DNA of 59,065 nucleotides, filler included, from Perkinsus olseni (Eukaryota): NCBI GenBank assembly GCA_013115125.1. It is 2 parts of 2 records of this genome, joined end to end, with 100 filler letters (N's around TTAATTAATTAA, not from the genome) between each part and the next. Parts side by side here need not be neighbours in the genome. Positions count along the whole stretch, not along the records: positions 29,698 to 59,065 come from JABANN010000432.1; 1 more part is not named here. One strand, 5' to 3'. Shown piece by piece: positions 56,729 to 59,065 of this stretch (position 1 is its first letter; each line of letters starts with the position of its first letter). The notes under the pieces were generated by a model. It saw only the letters and a program-made list of their open reading frames with translations, ran no database searches and was not told where the DNA came from. The position numbers and the translations under genes were made by a program.

Positions 56729-58025
56729 CTTCTTGCCAAGCTTAACGCAATTCATCACGAGTGTATGGGTTACTCTGAGCTGCTGGTGGTTCGCTGCCGT
56801 CAAGACGCAACCTTTCAGCACGTGGTTGAACTCCGCGGCTTCATTGGTGAGGCAGACGCGAAAGTGATGAATTGTGTAATTCTGTGACGTATCATCAATC
56901 CTCTCATTTTCTATAAGGGGCTGGTGTGATTTTGATAGCCCTCATTTTCATGGATGGTGTAATAGACTTTATTCTATTTATGCAGGAGCTCTCGAAGTTC
57001 CGTCGGACCCCCGATTGCTCTCTGGTCATGACTTGTGTATTTGCTCTTGCCAATCTGCTCCCCCTGCTTCATAACTGCTGTTGTTCGTCGCTCAGTCGAC
57101 TTCTACTACCTCTGATTTGGCTGCTAAGCTACTAGCGAATCTACTGTTAGAATTGATAACTTCGTACTGAGAGCTTACAGAGGTGCTCTCGTGCGCATAG
57201 ATGCTGCTGAAGCTAGTCAGACTGCTGCCAGTAGACACCAATTGTTGCGATGATTGAAAAGATAGTATGTACACAGTTTCGTTGGTGGAGGTAACTGTGA
57301 AGGAGAGTGAATTCTGGTAGTATTGCGTTCAGTTTCGGGCTCCATCAGCCTATTTTCAAATTAATCGCATAGTGACTACTGTGAGACATAAATAATAACA
57401 ATAATCCACCTAGCAGGATTCCATGGGAATTGGCGATAACTTGCCTCATAATTTATTGATAATTTGATTCAAGGTTTATTCCTCGCACAGCAGGTGCAGC
57501 ACATGCAGTCATCTTTATCAGTGCCTCTGTCTTCGGTCAAGCTGTGGATCTGGGGATGAAAGAGCACCTTTCATTTATCGCTATTTTCTCTCCGGAGTGG
57601 GCAAACGTCGTAAATACTGCAGACAGTTTGTCATTGAATCACAGACTGTTGGCGGTATTTACGTACTCGGTATGTTTATGTATTTCTATGTGGAAGGCTG
57701 GTGATTTGCGAGTTTGCAGCACTTCGCACCATTACTCAAGCTTGTGCAGGCAGAAGCTGTCAAACGCCTCAGTGGAATTCTGGTGATTAAACTCCATTGC
57801 TGTCGTAAGCCTTGTTGGGATAGCAATATTGGGATGAGCCCTGCGTTGCTAGCTCAACTCACGCCGTATCGGGGAGTCGGGACAGAACAACAGCACTATT
57901 TCTCCTTCGCAGGATTCAGTGTTCATCGTGGGGTTTCCCCAACTAACGGGACGCTAGTTCCACTTTGACAGCACGTTAACGATATAGACTCCTCTCAACC
58001 TGTCATCGATCAAATGCAATATGGG

Positions 58026-59065
58026 TCACCGGGACCTGACCGCAGGGCCACTACGATCTCCTCGAGCTCTTTTCGACCTATCCTCTCGACTGAGGAGATG
58101 TGCATTCAACACATTGTTTCGCTCGACTGGCGGCACATAGTACAGTTCATTGCCTTCGCGTGCCAAACCTCGACTCGAACACAAGACACCACAGGATTGG
58201 GCCATCATCTCGACTCGGCGGCTCGATGTAGATATACAGCAACATACATATACAGCCGCCGACCCAGCACGACAAGGCACTATGCCGATATGCATCAAGG
58301 GATCGGACGCTGAACCTGCCCCTCCGAAAGTCGAAGAAAAGAAAATCGGTGTGTCGAGGCACACTTCGCAACAGTAACTGGTCTGAGCGTCACAGCTTGC
58401 CGACTCCGGCTCGAATTCTACCTCCAAGCACACGTGTTTCCAAATCACCCCAATAGAAACACAGGTGTTAGCTCTCCTGTCAGGTCTCACGGTTGACGCC
58501 TTTCCAACACTCAGCACGCGTGAGTTCCCGACCCAGCGACCGAAAACCTGGCTCAAAATCATCGTGGTCCCCGATCTGCCTGGCGATGCCCACACTCAGA
58601 CACTCGGCTCTCACACTAACCACCGAAACGACCATTCCACGATACTACCCGAGCGGGAGACACCTCCATCCGAAAGTGGGTGGCGAGCGCCACGAACTTT
58701 GTCTTCACACCCTGTAAAGCTCCTTCCGAATGTCCGTCGGCAGGAGAGAGTCCGCAACCCGATCCCCCCGACCCGAACCGGGCGGGAGGGCGGGTCCAAA
58801 CGTGAACACGTCCAAGGTCGTTAGAGGCCCAGGCCCGCGGCCTGATCCCACCGCGGCCTTGTGACGCGGCGGGGAGACACGCCTAACGGGGGCACGCGAG
58901 CGCACAACCTCCTGTGGTTGGTTGACGTGCGGAGTTATCGGTAAGACGAAGTCGACCGAGGGCGCGTCGCAACGTCGGTCATCGCAAGAGCTCGCCAGTC
59001 TTCCTGCATTTAGGCATTTTATTGCAGAACACCGCGCAGGTCTTCGCGCCTGGAACCACTGATCG
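58026..59065 (-). CDS. Possible 3' part of a gene entering from the window end (hypothetical)
   Basis: GC-rich open frame from the window end to 58705 and a further long minus-strand ORF ending at 58026; no recognisable domain. Confidence 0.25.

Overview
Gene-dense eukaryotic DNA with many short (mostly ~45-70 nt) GT-AG introns, so most ORFs in the track are exon fragments or antisense shadows. Intron size, gene content and protein style suggest a flagellated alveolate, most like Perkinsus (inference, not verified). An artificial 100-nt spacer (N44-TTAATTAATTAA-N44, 29598-29697) joins two contigs. Left contig: a secreted Pro/Thr-rich protein, a DHHC palmitoyltransferase, a secreted protein of six Cys-rich repeats, an EFHB/CFAP21-like flagellar gene with an antisense tRNA-Thr(AGT) inside an intron, an SGNH-like membrane protein, a coiled-coil hypothetical, CDC14 phosphatase, a 44-bp minisatellite and four EamA/DMT-like transporter paralogues. 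Right contig: NAR1/CIAO3, two tandem HSL-family alpha/beta hydrolases, hypothetical genes and a Myb/SANT-like (Harbinger ORF2-type) gene. The main discovery is at 48.4-56.7 kb: a same-strand array of at least seven highly divergent two-exon genes for small secreted proteins (68-164 aa), plus decayed copies. All share a signal peptide, amphipathic helix 1, a basic linker, one phase-1 intron and amphipathic helix 2. Two short DNA motifs (22 nt and 16 nt) also recur at unrelated loci. All gene models were spliced by eye; no database searches were run.
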